Shown: piece by piece, positions 47,609 to 49,977 of the stretch
How the letters are laid out: each line of letters opens with the position of its first letter
Position numbering within the stretch: the first letter of the stretch is position 1
DNA from: an uncultured Weeksellaceae bacterium
Lineage (GTDB): Bacteria; Bacteroidota; Bacteroidia; Flavobacteriales; Weeksellaceae
Direction of reading: 5' to 3'
DNA: 49,977 nt
NCBI GenBank assembly: GCA_964553105.1
Contig: CAZKJO010000009.1
Coordinates: 1 to 49,977 of the forward strand
Made by a program: the position numbers and the translations under genes
Notes under the pieces: model-generated
Seen by the model: only the letters and a program-made list of their open reading frames with translations
Databases searched by the model: none
What the model was told of the DNA's origin: nothing

Positions 47609-48595
47609 TTAATTCTCGCAGAAATCGATTAGAAAATTTCGCACTTTGAAATTTGTTTTATCACCGATAAGGCTAAATGATTCACAAGCTTTTTTATTTT
47701 GTCCTAAGGCTAAAAAGGAAATTCCTGAAATTAAAAGTGCATTTTCATAACTATATTTAAATCTTCTAATTTGATCTGTTTTATCTTTAAATTTTAAAAC
47801 TTGCGGATAAGCATCTACAACATTTTTAAATAAATTTTTATCAAAATCTTTCGTCATTTGTGAAGTTATCTGCCTTAAGTCCTTTTCATCTCTATTGACA
47901 TAGCCATTGCCCATCTCAACAAAAATAAAATTCTCCGTCATTAATAAATCTCGATCACACTTATTTTTTAATTTCCCCTCTGCTTTTAATAAAGCAGCTA
48001 TAAATTGTTTGTCAAAGCTTTTGCTGATTCCTGAAAGTATTTCAATGTCTTGAATTTTGTTTTCTTTAGTTAAAACAAACTTAGCTTCAAAGAACTGGTT
48101 CGTTATAGAATACCGCTTATAACTAGGGATTTCATTGGTTAAGAATTGATGAAGACATAAATCCCCGGTCATTTCAGCCTGACAGAATTTATTGCTTTCA
48201 ACGAGCATCTGTCCATTATACTCAATAGGTTTAATCTGAAACTCTGGATATTTAGCAAAGTAATTTTCTTTGGTAAGGAAATAATATAATTTATTATCAT
48301 CGCTATCACGAAATATTAGTTGATCATCTTTTAACTCATAAAATATCTTTCGATATTGAGTCTTAATATATTTCTCTTTGATACTTGCTTTAGCAGCACC
48401 ATGTGAACTTATAAGAACATCTGGTTTTATTTCATAGCTTAAGAAGTTGGAGTAATTGTGATGGTTTATTTCTAATTTATCTCCATTTTCATAAGTGATT
48501 TTATCTAAAATCCATTCATTATACAAATCAGGATTTTGTGCTATTAGAAAACTAGAAATTAAGATAAAACAGAGGTAAAAAAGCTTTCTCATCAT
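47609..48595 (-). CDS. Exported hypothetical protein, possible TonB-C-like middle domain
   Basis: Signal peptide. FVLTKENKIQDIEILSGISKSFD resembles TonB_C. Helical C-terminus. Confidence 0.6.
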   Translation of the reverse strand: MMRKLFYLCFILISSFLIAQNPDLYNEWILDKITYENGDKLEINHHNYSNFLSYEIKPDVLISSHGAAKASIKEKYIKTQYRKIFYELKDDQLIFRDSDDNKLYYFLTKENYFAKYPEFQIKPIEYNGQMLVESNKFCQAEMTGDLCLHQFLTNEIPSYKRYSITNQFFEAKFVLTKENKIQDIEILSGISKSFDKQFIAALLKAEGKLKNKCDRDLLMTENFIFVEMGNGYVNRDEKDLRQITSQMTKDFDKNLFKNVVDAYPQVLKFKDKTDQIRRFKYSYENALLISGISFLALGQNKKACESFSLIGDKTNFKVRNFLIDFCEN

Positions 48596-48686
48596 TGGGT
48601 GATTATGTTCTTATATTTATTAAAAATATAAAAACTCTATAAATTGGTATTGCTTTCCATCAGATTTCTTTAATAATGCTCAGGTT

Positions 48687-48734
48687 AAAAAGCAAAGCAC
48701 AGTCAAAAATCATTTGGATTTAAGACTGTACTTT
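48687..48734 (-). terminator. Probable terminator after USP gene
   Basis: AAAGTACAGTC...GACTGTGCTTT stem followed by GCTTTTT on the minus strand. Confidence 0.6.
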
Positions 48735-48762
48735 TTATTTAGCTTGATTAATTAGCTTGTTT

Positions 48763-49893
48763 TCAGCTCATATTTCTACGAACTTCTTCTTCAATTTTAT
48801 AGTTTCTCATTTGTTCTAAAATCTGATTAGTCATGTTTTTATATTTACTTGCATTCGCTTCGTCGCCTAGTTTTTCATAAGTTCTAGCCAAGCCTCTCAA
48901 CGATGGCAAGTGCGTAAAGTTAAGCTTTAGGGCTTCATGGTATAAATCAATGGCTAAATTATAGAAACCATCTTCATAAAGCTTTTCTGCAGCTTCAAAA
49001 TGCTCGTCTAAGTCCTGCGAAATTAATTCAAACTCAAGGAAATCTTCTTTTTTGGAAGTGATGAATGAGGTAAGTACTTCTCTGGTTACTTTTTCTGTTA
49101 CACTTCCTAATAGGATTTTATTGATACCAGATCTTCCGGTAGTTCCCATTAATAGCAAATCTATTTGATGAGCTTCAATAGCTTTTAGGATTTCTTGTGA
49201 TGGACTTCCACCGGCAACTTCTTGGCTATAGTCTAAATCAATTAGGTTATGTTTATCTAAGAATCTCTTTAACTCGAGTTCTTGATCCTGCTTACGTTGA
49301 CGATTCACTTCATCTGGGTCTATGCGTGTTATCGTTTGCTTAAACTCAGTATAGACGCTCAATACAGTTAATTTAGCTTGGAATACGCGTGCAATCGCAA
49401 TGGCATTTTTGAGAGCGTTGTTAGATTCATCAGAAAAGTCAACTGGACATAATATATTCTTAATTTGGTTTAAATCCTGTCCGCTTTTAATGACAAACAC
49501 GGGCACTTTGCTTTTTTGTATGACTCTTACCGCGGTGGTACCTAGCTGAACACTGTCTTTTTTCTGTTTCTCTCCAGCTCCAATGATGACCAAATTAGCA
49601 CCCATCTTTTTAGAAGCAAATACGATTCTATCACTATAATTGCCAAACATAATCATAGCGTCACCCGTCTGAATATCTTCTTCTCTGAACCTTTCATTAA
49701 TTTTTGTTAATTCTTCTTCGGCGGCTTTTCTTACTAAAGAATCAACCTTTTCGTTGGTAGAACCCTCGGGCAATACGTGAACGAGTGTTAATTTAGACTT
49801 AAATTTCTTGGCGAAAACAATGGCGTTAGATACCACATTGTCTGTGGATGCTCTAAAGTCTACGGCAACTAAAATGTTTTTGATTAATTTCAT
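48763..49893 (-). CDS. Tandem-domain universal stress protein with C-terminal TPR-like extension
   Basis: KNILVAVDF and KNILCPVDFS domain starts, MGTTGRSG...LLGSVTEKV motif, and a TPR-like helical tail. Confidence 0.9.
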   Translation of the reverse strand: MKLIKNILVAVDFRASTDNVVSNAIVFAKKFKSKLTLVHVLPEGSTNEKVDSLVRKAAEEELTKINERFREEDIQTGDAMIMFGNYSDRIVFASKKMGANLVIIGAGEKQKKDSVQLGTTAVRVIQKSKVPVFVIKSGQDLNQIKNILCPVDFSDESNNALKNAIAIARVFQAKLTVLSVYTEFKQTITRIDPDEVNRQRKQDQELELKRFLDKHNLIDLDYSQEVAGGSPSQEILKAIEAHQIDLLLMGTTGRSGINKILLGSVTEKVTREVLTSFITSKKEDFLEFELISQDLDEHFEAAEKLYEDGFYNLAIDLYHEALKLNFTHLPSLRGLARTYEKLGDEANASKYKNMTNQILEQMRNYKIEEEVRRNMS

Positions 49894-49977
49894 TGTATAT
49901 GGTTTTTAATCCTCTTGCGGAGGTGTGAGTTGGTTTTATGTTTTAAATAATTTGTTTCAATCTATTTTTAATGTCGA

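Noticed and set aside
1-49977. CRISPR arrays, tRNA/rRNA genes, IS elements, prophage or defence systems
   Set aside because: No regularly spaced repeats, cloverleaf signatures, transposase, integrase or phage motifs recognised by eye. Dedicated scans were not run.

Overview
AT-rich chromosomal window from a Bacteroidota bacterium (Flavobacteriales, probably Weeksellaceae-like). This placement is inferred from TAnnTTTG promoters, A-rich starts without Shine-Dalgarno sites, T9SS cargo proteins, the rpmB-rpmG-DUF4295-ftsY order and the cdd-pdhA-pdhC order. Content is mostly housekeeping: guaA (partial), ftsY, ribosomal proteins, lnt, pfkA, gap, sugar kinases, scoAB, comM-like ATPase, PDH, pabB/pabC, rpsA, pgm and an RsmB-family methyltransferase. 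It also has two tandem giant T9SS type-B surface proteins and two GH13 enzymes. I found no tRNA, rRNA, CRISPR array, transposase or prophage. The best leads are: (1) an NrtR-family regulator with a matching palindrome (GTGTA-N5-TACAY) over the promoters of a secreted alpha-amylase and a ROK glucokinase, suggesting a starch/glucose regulon; (2) a structured rpsA leader with a possible kissing-loop; (3) a four-helix-bundle (23S rRNA IVP/bAvd-like) cassette with oppositely oriented short repeats splitting scoA from scoB; (4) a Gram-positive/GapC-type GAPDH at the native pfkA-gap position; (5) a promoter-led structured non-coding segment upstream of rpmB; (6) several apparently leaderless genes; (7) a pseudogene with three in-frame stops and no frameshift. 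All family calls come from motif recognition, not database searches.
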